A stretch of 56,836 nucleotides of DNA from an uncultured Roseburia sp. (GTDB taxonomy: Bacteria; Bacillota; Clostridia; Lachnospirales; Lachnospiraceae), in NCBI GenBank assembly GCA_944375975.1, contig CALWBG010000001.1, positions 1-56,836 on the forward strand, in the 5' to 3' direction. The first letter of the stretch is position 1. Each line of letters opens with the position of its first letter. Positions 18,427 to 27,750 of this stretch are shown piece after piece. Both the position numbers and the translations under genes were made by a program. The notes beneath the pieces are model-generated. The model made no database searches, was not told the DNA's origin, and worked only from the letters and a program-made list of their open reading frames with translations.

Positions 18427-18960
18427 TCAATCTGGTAGTTCATCAATAATATCTCGTATGCTTTCCTGTCGTGCTTGATCTGCAATCTGCCTTATATCTT
18501 CATAGCTCAGTGCTGGTGTATTTTTAATGTCTGTTCCCCCTGTATCAATCTTCACTTCATCAACGTAGTTCATCCAATTCTTACTCAACCACACGTATGT
18601 AGTGGGATTGAGCCGCCCGGACATTCCACACTGTTCAAGGAATGCATATATTAACTGCTTTATTTGCTTTACACCGTCCCTCCTGCGTTCTGATGTATTT
18701 CCCACGCCATTCTCCCAGTTATGTAGTTCTTGTCTCGAAATACCAAGTCCTGCACATAAGGTCTCAATCCCCAGCCTCATCTTCTTCCTCTTACAGAACT
18801 CAATTATCATATTGACTCTATCTTCAAATTCTTGATCCATGCTTGCATCACGCGTAATCTTCTTTAACGATGCCAGCTCTTGAATGCTCTCTATCGCATC
18901 TGCCACAAACTCTGCTGGAAGATTATCAATCTGCGAATTAGGAAAATTACTTTTGCTCAT
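18427..18960 (-). CDS. Terminase small subunit-like / DNA-packaging protein
   Basis: HTH IETLCAGLGISRQELHNWE followed by a helical region and NPTTYVWLSKNWMNYVD, resembling TerS C-terminal NPxxxIFxxKNxxGYxD motifs. Confidence 0.55.
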   Translation of the reverse strand: MSKSNFPNSQIDNLPAEFVADAIESIQELASLKKITRDASMDQEFEDRVNMIIEFCKRKKMRLGIETLCAGLGISRQELHNWENGVGNTSERRRDGVKQIKQLIYAFLEQCGMSGRLNPTTYVWLSKNWMNYVDEVKIDTGGTDIKNTPALSYEDIRQIADQARQESIRDIIDELPD

Positions 18961-19100
18961 TATTTTTCACCCCTTTTTTGATGTCAACGAAATGCATTGA
19001 ACCTGCTTCTTTATCCTCTGACTTCCTCGTGCTATTATGGTTCTTATCTTGTTTAGTATCAGCCAATACAGATTGCAGGAACTGATTCCATTGTTCCATA

Positions 19101-19343
19101 TTACCCAATTTTCTCTCGCTCCTTTCTATTGATCTTGTCCCGACGCTCTAACTCACTCAATGTTGCTAAAATTAAATCTTTCAAGAACTCATATCCGGGT
19201 TTATTTTTATATTTCTCCACTATTTCGCCGGATGTATTTATCACCGCTTCCCATTCTTTGTCTGTTCCCTTCATATCCGCAAATCTTTTATGAAATTGCC
19301 ACGCTTGACTCCATACATCAAAATACTGTTCCTTAAAATTCAT
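19101..19343 (-). CDS. Hypothetical protein (satellite)
   Basis: AAAGGAGG RBS; 80 aa directly downstream of the putative ori. Confidence 0.65.
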   Translation of the reverse strand: MNFKEQYFDVWSQAWQFHKRFADMKGTDKEWEAVINTSGEIVEKYKNKPGYEFLKDLILATLSELERRDKINRKEREKIG

Positions 19344-19360
19344 CTTGCCTCCTTTGCCTG

Positions 19361-19460
19361 ATAGGGGAAAAAGGGGAATATATTTTCACTTCTTTCTTTA
19401 TTAGGCATATCTTTATCCTTCATGTTAAGAAATTGTATAACTATGCCCCTTATGCCCCTT
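19361..19460. other. Putative satellite replication origin (inverted iterons around an AT-rich core)
   Basis: AGGGGAA x2 (19363-19378) facing TATGCCCCT x2 (19442-19459), immediately after the helicase stop. Confidence 0.6.
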
Positions 19461-20784
19461 AATTATCAAATGGCGTACTATCAATGCTCATAAAATCTAA
19501 TTTTATACCGCACACATAAATGTTTCCTTGTACTTTAGATTCCCTATATCCTTTTGTCCTTACAGCCTTGAAAAACGCCGTTTTCCCTAGAGAAATTCGT
19601 TCTTCTTGTTTGCAATAATCAAGATAAGCCGCATATAAATCTGGCCGTCTCACTCGACTCGATTCATCTTGAACTACAACATTATTAAGGAAACTAGCCA
19701 CAGAATCGCTGTCTTCTTGCAATCTTAAAACTTCCCCTAAATTTGCCCCTGATTCAAAAAGTTTGCCCCTTTCCAACGCCATTTTTGCCCCTTGAACAAT
19801 ATGAGAAATAATAATTTCTATTTCATGTTCATCAGATAGTTGCTCATACAAATCCGGAATAAAATCACCTTCCTGCTCAAATCTGATAATAAGCAATCTT
19901 CTGTAGAATCCGTTAGAACGATCATCCAAGATTGCCGGAAGCTCGTTGCAGGAAAAGAGAAATTTCGCTCGGTTTTTGAAAAAGAATATCGCGCCTCCTT
20001 TTATTTCACCTTTGCACAAGTCTTCTCCTGTTAATTGCTTAAGAACAGACGTATCTTTGATTGCCGCATTAGACAAATCTCCGCATACATTACATTGTTT
20101 ATTTAATAAACTTGCTGTTGTAAAACGTTCTGACAATGACTGCAACGGAACCGCAGCTAAATTTTCTGCGCCCAGTATCTTAGATTGTTGATTAAGTATC
20201 ACACTTTTTCCAGCATTTCCCATACCTACCAATATCAAAAATTTTTGAAATATAATATCTGGCAATAGGCAATATCCCATATATTCATAAAGCATCTTTC
20301 TATTATCTTCGTCCTGTATTCTACTCAGCAAAAATTTATTAAATACAGATTTATCAATATCAAGTCCAGGCTTGTAATTATGAGGAATTTGGTTTACACT
20401 CCTATATGTTGGGGAATGTTGATGTAAGATACCTGTTTTAATATCCAACATTCCATTAAGAAAATTTATCCAATATTTGGGATAATTATTAGTTTGTGAT
20501 ATTTCAACCTGTAATCTATAATCTTTCAGAATCAATTTATAAACTCTCATAATGCGTGAATCTGATCTTAATTTAGGAAGAATTAGCTGCTTAATCAAAT
20601 GTTGAATATAGATTCCATGCTCATCAGATTTGAATACGCCATTCCGATAAATATACGGTTTCCCGACAAGAATCATAATTTTATGGTTTTCTATGAGGTA
20701 TTCTGCTATAGAATTTTCTACAATATCATAGGGAATTCCCTTTCTACTTATCAGGCAAAATCTAATCAGATTTTCTTCCTCCAT
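19459..20784 (-). CDS. P4/D5-family primase-helicase C-terminal part (SF3 helicase)
   Basis: D5_N-like INFLNGMLD, Walker A GMGNAGKS, LKQLTGED, FSCNELP, GFYRRLLIIRF. Confidence 0.9.
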   Translation of the reverse strand: MEEENLIRFCLISRKGIPYDIVENSIAEYLIENHKIMILVGKPYIYRNGVFKSDEHGIYIQHLIKQLILPKLRSDSRIMRVYKLILKDYRLQVEISQTNNYPKYWINFLNGMLDIKTGILHQHSPTYRSVNQIPHNYKPGLDIDKSVFNKFLLSRIQDEDNRKMLYEYMGYCLLPDIIFQKFLILVGMGNAGKSVILNQQSKILGAENLAAVPLQSLSERFTTASLLNKQCNVCGDLSNAAIKDTSVLKQLTGEDLCKGEIKGGAIFFFKNRAKFLFSCNELPAILDDRSNGFYRRLLIIRFEQEGDFIPDLYEQLSDEHEIEIIISHIVQGAKMALERGKLFESGANLGEVLRLQEDSDSVASFLNNVVVQDESSRVRRPDLYAAYLDYCKQEERISLGKTAFFKAVRTKGYRESKVQGNIYVCGIKLDFMSIDSTPFDN

Positions 20785-20799
20785 GCCACCTCCCTCCTT

Positions 20800-21324
20800 T
20801 CAGTCTAAAATTTTGCACAAAATATCCAGTTGATAATCTGCCATTTGAATTTCCGAATAGCACCAACTCCGCACATCACAAAACGGTAGCAAATGACCAG
20901 AGTCCAATAAGTTCTGGCAAAGTTGCCTCCATTCTTGTAAACGCTCCACTTCCTTTAGCCATTGTTTCCGCTTACGTTTTTCAGCTTGTTCTTGCGCCCT
21001 CTTTGCCGTTTCCTGCGCTTTAATCTTCGCAACGATATTTTTCCTATCGGTTTCATTCAAAACAGCAGAAACACCAAATACAGAGGCTATTTCCCGCAAT
21101 GCCGTCCAACTATCACAACCTTTAACATGACTCCACAATCGGACGCAATCGCCACCAGTTCCACGCCCAAAATCATAGAAACTGTTCGTTGATGGGTACA
21201 ATTTTATGCTCGGAGTCCGCTCTCCCGGAAAACGATACATTCCTTGACACGGCTTTCCTAATAGATAAGTAGCAATATTTTTAATATCTACTTGTGCCTT
21301 TACGCTTTCAAAATCCTCTCGCAT
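20800..21324 (-). CDS. CHC2-type primase zinc-binding-domain protein lacking the Zn ligands
   Basis: FPGERTPSIKLY...FYDFGRGTGGDCV aligns to the DnaG ZBD pattern CPFH.EKTPSF...F.CFGCG.GGD. Confidence 0.65.
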   Translation of the reverse strand: MREDFESVKAQVDIKNIATYLLGKPCQGMYRFPGERTPSIKLYPSTNSFYDFGRGTGGDCVRLWSHVKGCDSWTALREIASVFGVSAVLNETDRKNIVAKIKAQETAKRAQEQAEKRKRKQWLKEVERLQEWRQLCQNLLDSGHLLPFCDVRSWCYSEIQMADYQLDILCKILD

Positions 21325-21474
21325 ATTCTTTTTTCAACCTCTTAAATTATTCCTGGTAAACCGATCAATCCCTTATTATTGACCGGGTGTTCTTCCTTCA
21401 GTATGGGATTTTATTTTCACTCGAATGAGTGATATCTTTTGTGAATTGCCCTTTATGGGTTTTATCTTTGGTAA

Positions 21475-21669
21475 TTATTCAGAGCAGTTCTGTTCAATGT
21501 ATTCCAAAACTTTTTTCTTATTAATCCTATAGTTGCGGCCTATTCTGCGAACCGCACCAGCTTCTTCAGCAATTTTGCAAACTGTTGATATTCCTGTATT
21601 AATACACTCCGCCATCTGCTGTTTAGTAACTAATTCGCCGTTCGCATCCTTATAAGAAAGTTGGTTCAT
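21475..21669 (-). CDS. Excisionase-like winged HTH protein
   Basis: GISTVCKIAEEAGAVRRIGRNYRINKKKVLEYI; GGAGGG RBS before ATG at 21669. Confidence 0.7.
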   Translation of the reverse strand: MNQLSYKDANGELVTKQQMAECINTGISTVCKIAEEAGAVRRIGRNYRINKKKVLEYIEQNCSE

Positions 21670-21710
21670 GCATTTCCCTCCTTCCGACATTTAGTATATA
21701 TTTTATTTAT

Positions 21711-21784
21711 TGTCTATGCCCGTATTATACCAGATATTGACAGTCGCGCATAGACATGAGATAATATTTTTATAGACAGTCTAT
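21711..21784. promoter_or_regulatory. Divergent promoter switch with ATAGAC operator repeats
   Basis: Plus TTGACA(21737)-17-GATAAT; minus TGGTATAAT; TGTCTATGC/GCATAGACA inverted repeat and ATAGAC-A-GTCTAT palindrome. Confidence 0.65.
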
Positions 21785-21824
21785 TTTCTTGAAATAAGAT
21801 AATAAAAAAAGTCAGGAGAGTACA

Positions 21825-22718
21825 ATGCACCCAATAACAATTATTCCATTAGCAGAAAACTATGCTGTTAGTATTGACAATATTAAGTGTAAAGATGGCT
21901 CTGCCTTCTGGGCAAAATACCGTTTTGGAAGTTTTATAGTTGCCTTATATAACTGCGATGTAAATTACATAGCAAATAGAATAATCACTACCATCAAACA
22001 ATATAAATGGAATAGCCTTGAAGAATTGGTTGAAAAATGCTTTGACAATATGGGGAAAAGCAATAATGACCTCATTGTAGTTATGATGATGCTCAATGAA
22101 ATACACAGTGAATTATATCAATGGATGGATTCTCCAGATGACGAGGATACAGCCTCTGAAAAAATAGCCTCTGTTTTGAAGGCCTATATAGTGTTTAAAC
22201 CTTTAATTGATAAACTAATTAGCAAGTCTTTTCAAGATGCTACTGCCGAGTCCCTATCTGCTTTACAGAAGGAAGGCGTATTTGCAAATTTTTTCTTAGA
22301 CAAAAATAAGTCTATGAGAGTCGCATATACTTTAGGTTCTATATATCCTTTATTTGCATTAGATGTTTTGAAAGTTCAAGAAAAAGAAATATGTATTAAG
22401 CGTTGTCAAAACTGTGGGCGTTTATTTTTACCGAATTCGCGCACTGATGAAATCTATTGTAACAATGTTTATATCAATGGGAAAACTTGCAAGCAAGTTG
22501 GATATACAAATAAATTAAAATCTGATCCGTTCAAAGCTGAATACCGAAAAGCTTACAAAACACAACACGCAAAAATGAAACGCAATCTAAAAAATATTCC
22601 AAACTATAAAGAGAAGTATTTTGATCCTTGGGTTGATGCCGCAAAAAACGCCATGGAACAATCAAGATCAGAAAACAATATAGAAGCCTTTGCTCGATGG
22701 ATAAAAGAGCACAGATAA
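21825..22718 (+). CDS. Cys-rich (DUF6076-like) protein, candidate satellite regulator
   Basis: C-terminal IKRCQNCGRLF...IYCNN...TCKQVG motif; AGGAG RBS; transcribed divergently from xis. Confidence 0.65.
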   Translation: MHPITIIPLAENYAVSIDNIKCKDGSAFWAKYRFGSFIVALYNCDVNYIANRIITTIKQYKWNSLEELVEKCFDNMGKSNNDLIVVMMMLNEIHSELYQWMDSPDDEDTASEKIASVLKAYIVFKPLIDKLISKSFQDATAESLSALQKEGVFANFFLDKNKSMRVAYTLGSIYPLFALDVLKVQEKEICIKRCQNCGRLFLPNSRTDEIYCNNVYINGKTCKQVGYTNKLKSDPFKAEYRKAYKTQHAKMKRNLKNIPNYKEKYFDPWVDAAKNAMEQSRSENNIEAFARWIKEHR

Positions 22719-22721
22719 TAA

Positions 22722-22768
22722 ATATCCCCCTCGCCCGACACGCTGCCGGAAAAGGGGGATAAAATTTT
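22722..22768. terminator. Hairpin terminator between the DUF6076-like gene and lysS
   Basis: ATCCCCCT...AGGGGGAT stem. Confidence 0.55.
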
Positions 22769-22772
22769 GCTC

Positions 22773-22797
22773 AAATGTGTTAAAGCTGTGTTATAAA
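22773..22797 (+). repeat. Integrase arm-type repeats (right end)
   Basis: AAATGTGTTAAA and CTGTGTTATAAA match the left-end motif in the same orientation. Confidence 0.55.
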
Positions 22798-22849
22798 GAT
22801 AAAAACTAACCATCTAAAAAAGTAATTTAACTCAATATGGACGAAACGA

Positions 22850-24778
22850 TTAATACAGCTTCGCTCCTGCCGGAATATGGTCATCCACCATCAGGAGATG
22901 AAGTCTCTCTTCTCCCTCTTCCTCATGAACTGCACTGATCAGCATACCGCAGGAATCAATTCCCATCATCTTTCTCGGAGGCAGATTCACAATGGCAATG
23001 CAGGTCTTTCCGACCAGTTCTTCCGGCTCGTAATACTCGTGAATTCCGCTTAAAATCGTCCGGTCTGTGCCTGTTCCGTCATCCAGCGTAAACTGAAGCA
23101 GTTTCTTTGACTTCGGAACCGCAACACACTCTTTAACCTTTACTGTCCTGAAATCGGACTTGCTGAATGTATCAAAATCAACCATTTCCTCAAAAAGCGG
23201 CTCAATCTTCACCTTAGAAAAATCAATCGTTTCTTTTGCTTTGGAAGTCTCGGAAACCGATGCCGCCTCCGTCTTTTTGGATGTCTCGTTTTTGTCCAGT
23301 GACTTCATTGTCGGGAACAGCAGCACGTCCCGAATCGCCGGCGAATTCGTCATCATCATCACCATACGGTCAATGCCGTACCCGATTCCGCCCGTGGGCG
23401 GCATACCGATACTGAGTGCGTTGAGGAAGTCCTCATCAAGATGGTTTGCCTCCTCGTCGCCTGCCGCAAGAAGCGCCTCCTGCGCCTCGAAGCGCTTTCT
23501 CTGATCCTCCGGGTCATTCAGCTCGGAATACGCGTTCGCCATTTCCCAGCCGTTCATGAAGAACTCGAAACGCTCTACATAATCCGAGTTGTCCGGCTTT
23601 CTCTTGGTGAGCGGGGAAATCTCAACCGGATGATCCATCACAAACGTCGGCTGAATCAAGTGCTCCTCCACATACTCCTCAAAGAACAGGTTTAAGATGT
23701 CGCCCTTCTCATGCCTGTCCTCATACTCAATGTGATGCTCGTCTGCAAGCTTCTTTGCCTCAGCGGTGTCCTTAATCTCGTTAAAGTCCACATTCGCGTA
23801 CTTCTTCACGGCATCCACCATCGTAATCCGCTCAAACGGCTTCGACAAATCCATCGTATGCTCACCGTAGGTAAGAATCTCCGAGCCGGTTACCTCTTTT
23901 GCCACGTAACGGTAAAGGTTCTCTGTCAAATCCATCATACCGTGGTAATCGGTATACGCCTGGTACAGCTCCATCAGCGTAAACTCCGGATTGTGTCTGG
24001 TATCAAGCCCTTCGTTGCGGAACACTCGCCCGATCTCATAAACACGTTCCATGCCGCCTACAATCAGCCTCTTTAAATACAGCTCCAGGGAAATACGCAG
24101 ACGTAAATCCTCATCCAACGCGTTAAAATGCGTCTCGAACGGTCTCGCGGCCGCACCGCCGGCATTCTGCACAAGCATAGGTGTCTCGACCTCCATGAAG
24201 CCCTGTCCGTCCAGGAAACGGCGAATCGAACTGATAACCTTCGAACGCTTTATGAATGTATCCTTTACATCCTCGTTCATAATAAGGTCCACATAACGCT
24301 GACGGTATCTGGTGTCGGTGTCCGTCAGGCCGTGAAATTTCTCCGGAAGAATCTGGAGACTCTTGGAAAGCAGTACAACCTCGGTTGCATGAATGGATGT
24401 CTCCCCTGTCTTCGTTTTAAAAACAGTACCCTTAATGCCGAGAATGTCGCCCACGTCATATTTCTTGAAATCCTTATAGGAATCCTCACCGATATTGTCT
24501 CTTGCGACATACGCCTGGATGCGCCCCTTCAAATCCTGAATATTGCAGAAGGAAGCCTTTCCCATCACGCGCTTAAACATCATACGGCCCGCAAGGGAAA
24601 CCTCTTTTCCCTCCATCTCCTCAAAATTCTCCAGAATATCAGTTGAATGGTGGGTTACATCATACCTGGTAATGACAAACGGATCCTTGCCGTTCTCCTG
24701 CAACTCATGCAGTTTGTCATAACGCACCCGGATTAACTGATTTACATCCTGCTGCTGGTTGTTATTCTGCTCTGCCAT
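22850..24778 (-). CDS. lysS: Lysine--tRNA ligase (class II) with C-terminal Trbp111/MetRS-C-like tRNA-binding domain
   Basis: YRQRYVDL, RVFRNEG, HNPEFT, GMPPTGGIGYGIDR, DVLLFPTMK, then an OB fold (KLLQFTLDDG...ILSGI...NLPPRKMMG...GMLISA). Confidence 0.97.
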   Translation of the reverse strand: MAEQNNNQQQDVNQLIRVRYDKLHELQENGKDPFVITRYDVTHHSTDILENFEEMEGKEVSLAGRMMFKRVMGKASFCNIQDLKGRIQAYVARDNIGEDSYKDFKKYDVGDILGIKGTVFKTKTGETSIHATEVVLLSKSLQILPEKFHGLTDTDTRYRQRYVDLIMNEDVKDTFIKRSKVISSIRRFLDGQGFMEVETPMLVQNAGGAAARPFETHFNALDEDLRLRISLELYLKRLIVGGMERVYEIGRVFRNEGLDTRHNPEFTLMELYQAYTDYHGMMDLTENLYRYVAKEVTGSEILTYGEHTMDLSKPFERITMVDAVKKYANVDFNEIKDTAEAKKLADEHHIEYEDRHEKGDILNLFFEEYVEEHLIQPTFVMDHPVEISPLTKRKPDNSDYVERFEFFMNGWEMANAYSELNDPEDQRKRFEAQEALLAAGDEEANHLDEDFLNALSIGMPPTGGIGYGIDRMVMMMTNSPAIRDVLLFPTMKSLDKNETSKKTEAASVSETSKAKETIDFSKVKIEPLFEEMVDFDTFSKSDFRTVKVKECVAVPKSKKLLQFTLDDGTGTDRTILSGIHEYYEPEELVGKTCIAIVNLPPRKMMGIDSCGMLISAVHEEEGEERLHLLMVDDHIPAGAKLY

Positions 24779-24865
24779 CTTTTTCCTCCATTTTCTTCTT
24801 CCGCACGAACGTCTTCTTCCTATAAATCACAAAAGTGCCGCCCGGGGCTCTCTGGCGTATGCTGT

Positions 24866-25345
24866 TTAGCTCGCTCTGTGAATGGAAAGCACCTTATATT
24901 CAAACTCTCCCGCCGGAGTCTCAACCTTTACGGTATCGCCCACCTTTTTGCCGAGCAGCGCCTTTCCAACCGGAGATTCATTCGAAATCTTTCCCTTTAA
25001 GCTGTTCGCCTCGGTGGAACCTACAATTTTATATTCAAGCTCATCGTCGAACTCACAGTCCAATATTTTTACGCTGCAGCCGATGCTGATTTTCTCTAAA
25101 TCAACCTCATCCTCAACGACAACCTCGGCGTTCTTCAAAATCTTCTCAAGCTCTTCAATCCGCGCTTCAATGTCTCTCTGCTCGTCCTTCGCCGCATCAT
25201 ATTCCGCATTCTCGGACAAATCGCCCTGCTCTCTGGCCTCTTTGATTTTCTGGGAAACTTCCTTCCTTTTTACAACCTTTAACTCCTCTAATTCATCTTC
25301 CAGTTTCTTAAGTCCCTCGTAAGTCAGAATGTTTTTCTTATCCAT
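24866..25345 (-). CDS. greA: Transcription elongation factor GreA
   Basis: [26 protein letters not shown]. Confidence 0.97.
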   Translation of the reverse strand: MDKKNILTYEGLKKLEDELEELKVVKRKEVSQKIKEAREQGDLSENAEYDAAKDEQRDIEARIEELEKILKNAEVVVEDEVDLEKISIGCSVKILDCEFDDELEYKIVGSTEANSLKGKISNESPVGKALLGKKVGDTVKVETPAGEFEYKVLSIHRAS

Positions 25346-25387
25346 TACCTTCTACCCTTCTTTGTATCGTTATTGTTCCGTTCACCT

Positions 25388-25921
25388 TTATGAACTGTAA
25401 AAAGCCTCCTCAAATCTGTCTCGCCGCGGCTTTTCCGTCTTTTTTTGCAGTCTCTTAACAATCACAGTATTATAACCGATAGGTACCCTGATGTCAAGAT
25501 TTTCGGCGGTCTGCCAGGGTCTTTTGTGAATCGGGATGTAGTGCCTGCCGCGGCAGATTTGTCCCTCATAGCACGTCCCCTGCCACTCAAAATCAAACAA
25601 AAACTCCTCCCCCTCGCCCGCTCTTTGCAGCTTAAGCCTTTTTTTCGGGAAAACGCGGACAATCAGGCCGTTCTTCTCATACATTGTCTCTGTAAATTCC
25701 TGAAAATATGCAGGTCTTCCGGTATAAATCGTCAGGAAGTTCAAATCATTTTCAAGCTGCAAAAGTACGTCGAGGACTCCAATCTGCTCAAAGACTGCCG
25801 CGCCCTCCGGCTCCTCGTCAATCAATTCCAGCTTTGCCCGCTCGGGCATAACTCCTTTCGCCTTTAAAATACCAAGATACACCGGTCGGAAATTACCTAA
25901 AAACTCGTTGGGATAGGACAT
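25388..25921 (-). CDS. Hypothetical protein
   Basis: Likely start MSYPNE after GGAGG, downstream of dusB. Confidence 0.6.
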   Translation of the reverse strand: MSYPNEFLGNFRPVYLGILKAKGVMPERAKLELIDEEPEGAAVFEQIGVLDVLLQLENDLNFLTIYTGRPAYFQEFTETMYEKNGLIVRVFPKKRLKLQRAGEGEEFLFDFEWQGTCYEGQICRGRHYIPIHKRPWQTAENLDIRVPIGYNTVIVKRLQKKTEKPRRDRFEEAFYSS

Positions 25922-25943
25922 TCTGCCGCCCTCCGCCTGCCTT

Positions 25944-26927
25944 TTATGCATTATATGACAGTACTTCCTCAAATAATGCCTCAAGCTGCCCGTAGTTTTC
26001 GACTTCATTGAGTTTTCTGCGCAGACTGGCGGAATTTTTATAACCCGCCGTATACCATGCGGCATGTTTTCGGATTTCCCGCATACCCGTATATTCTCCC
26101 TTAAACTCTATCTGCATTCTCGCATGACGCAAAACCATCTGCGCGACATCGGCAAAAGGCGGTCTTGCAAGCTGCTCTCCCGTCTCAAAATAATGAAGAA
26201 TCTGCCGGAAAATCCATGGGTTTCCCTCCGCGCCTCTGGCAATCATAAATCCGTCGCAGCCGGTCTGCGCCTCCATGTCAATCACGTCCTGCGCCGTCAA
26301 AATATCTCCGTTTCCAATCACCGGAATAGACACCGCCTCCTTGACCCTGCGGATAATATCCCAGTCCGCCTTTCCCGCATAATACTGCTCTCTTGTCCTG
26401 CCATGGACAGCTACCGCCGCCGCGCCGCATTCCTGGGCAATATGCGCCAGCTCCACCGCATTGACATGCGCATCGTCAAAACCCTTACGGATTTTTACCG
26501 TAACGGGCTTATGGATTGCCCTGACCGTTTTCTCAATGATTTCCCCCGCAAGCTTCGGATTTTTCATCAGCGCCGAGCCGTCGCCGTTATTGACCACCTT
26601 CGGCACTGGACATCCCATATTGATATCCAGAATATCAAACGGACGGCTCTCAATCTGCTTCGCGATTTCGCTGATAATATCCGGATCCGAGCCGAACAAC
26701 TGAAGCGACACTGGATTTTCCCGCGCGTCAATTTTCAAAAGCTCCTCGGTATTTTTATTTTTATATAAAATGGCTTTCGCACTGACCATCTCCATACACA
26801 AAAGCCCCGCTCCCTGCTCCTTGCACAGCAAGCGAAATGGCAGGTCCGTAACGCCTGCCATTGGTGCCAATATCAAATTATTCGGTAATACGACATTACC
26901 TATCTGTAATTTTTTTATTGCTTTCAT
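25944..26927 (-). CDS. dusB: tRNA-dihydrouridine synthase B
   Basis: LAPMAGVTD, DINMGCP, HGRTR, GNGDI. Confidence 0.95.
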   Translation of the reverse strand: MKAIKKLQIGNVVLPNNLILAPMAGVTDLPFRLLCKEQGAGLLCMEMVSAKAILYKNKNTEELLKIDARENPVSLQLFGSDPDIISEIAKQIESRPFDILDINMGCPVPKVVNNGDGSALMKNPKLAGEIIEKTVRAIHKPVTVKIRKGFDDAHVNAVELAHIAQECGAAAVAVHGRTREQYYAGKADWDIIRRVKEAVSIPVIGNGDILTAQDVIDMEAQTGCDGFMIARGAEGNPWIFRQILHYFETGEQLARPPFADVAQMVLRHARMQIEFKGEYTGMREIRKHAAWYTAGYKNSASLRRKLNEVENYGQLEALFEEVLSYNA

Positions 26928-26930
26928 TAT

Positions 26931-27725
26931 TTAACTCTGCCTGATTTTGCCGGTTTTTCGGTTCTGCTTCTTATAAATGAGATTCATTCCCTTTAAGGTC
27001 AGATTCGGATCATAAATGTCAATGACATCGGTCTCGCCCGCAATAATCCGGCCGAGCCCACCGGTCGCAACCACACGGATCGGTCCCATGTCCGCTTCCC
27101 GAATCATATGTCCCACAATATATTCCGTCTGCCCAATCTGCCCATACACAAGCCCGGCCTGCATACTGGAAATCGTCTCTTTGGCGAGAATGCTCTGCGG
27201 CTTTCTGATTTCAATCTCCGGAAGCTTCGCGGCATCCTCCCACAACGCCCTCGCCGAAATGCGGATACCCGGTGCCGTCACTCCCGCCACAAACGCTCCG
27301 TCCTTATCCACAAGGTCATAGGTGGTCGCCGTTCCGAAATCAAGCACCAGCACGGGACCGCCGTACAGCTCATAGGCAGCCGCGGCATCGACAATACGGT
27401 CCGCTCCAATCTGACGCGGATTCTCGGTCACGACACGGATTCCGGTCTTCGTCCCCGGCTCAATGATAATCGGCCGGATTTTCAGATATTTTATGATGGC
27501 TCCTTCCAGCGAATGCATGACATTCGGCACAACCGACGCAATAATCGCATCCGCAATTTCTTCCAGGCGGATGTTGTTTTTCTCCAGAAGATTGGTCAGA
27601 AGCATTCCGTATTCATCCGAAGTTCTTGGCATCTTTGTCGTAATGCGGAAGCTTGAGACAATGTCATCCCCTTTAAAAACTCCCACCGTTATATTGGTAT
27701 TTCCAACGTCAATCGTTATTATCAT
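26931..27725 (-). CDS. coaX: Type III pantothenate kinase
   Basis: [25 protein letters not shown]. Confidence 0.95.
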   Translation of the reverse strand: MIITIDVGNTNITVGVFKGDDIVSSFRITTKMPRTSDEYGMLLTNLLEKNNIRLEEIADAIIASVVPNVMHSLEGAIIKYLKIRPIIIEPGTKTGIRVVTENPRQIGADRIVDAAAAYELYGGPVLVLDFGTATTYDLVDKDGAFVAGVTAPGIRISARALWEDAAKLPEIEIRKPQSILAKETISSMQAGLVYGQIGQTEYIVGHMIREADMGPIRVVATGGLGRIIAGETDVIDIYDPNLTLKGMNLIYKKQNRKTGKIRQS

Positions 27726-27750
27726 GTTTTACTTACCTTTCTTCCTCGTC

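Larger units (their letters stand above)
13338..22857. mobile_element. Phage-satellite/PICI-like integrative element at the lysS 3' end
   Basis: Tyrosine integrase, xis-like HTH, D5/P4 helicase, iteron ori, TerS-like gene, and no capsid/TerL/conjugation genes. Shared TGTGTTATAA-type arm motifs near both ends; AATACA at 13338-13343 and 22852-22857. Confidence 0.75.

Noticed and set aside
13338-22857. Interpretation as a full prophage or ICE/IME
   Set aside because: No TerL, portal, capsid, tail or lysin, and no relaxase, coupling protein or VirB4.
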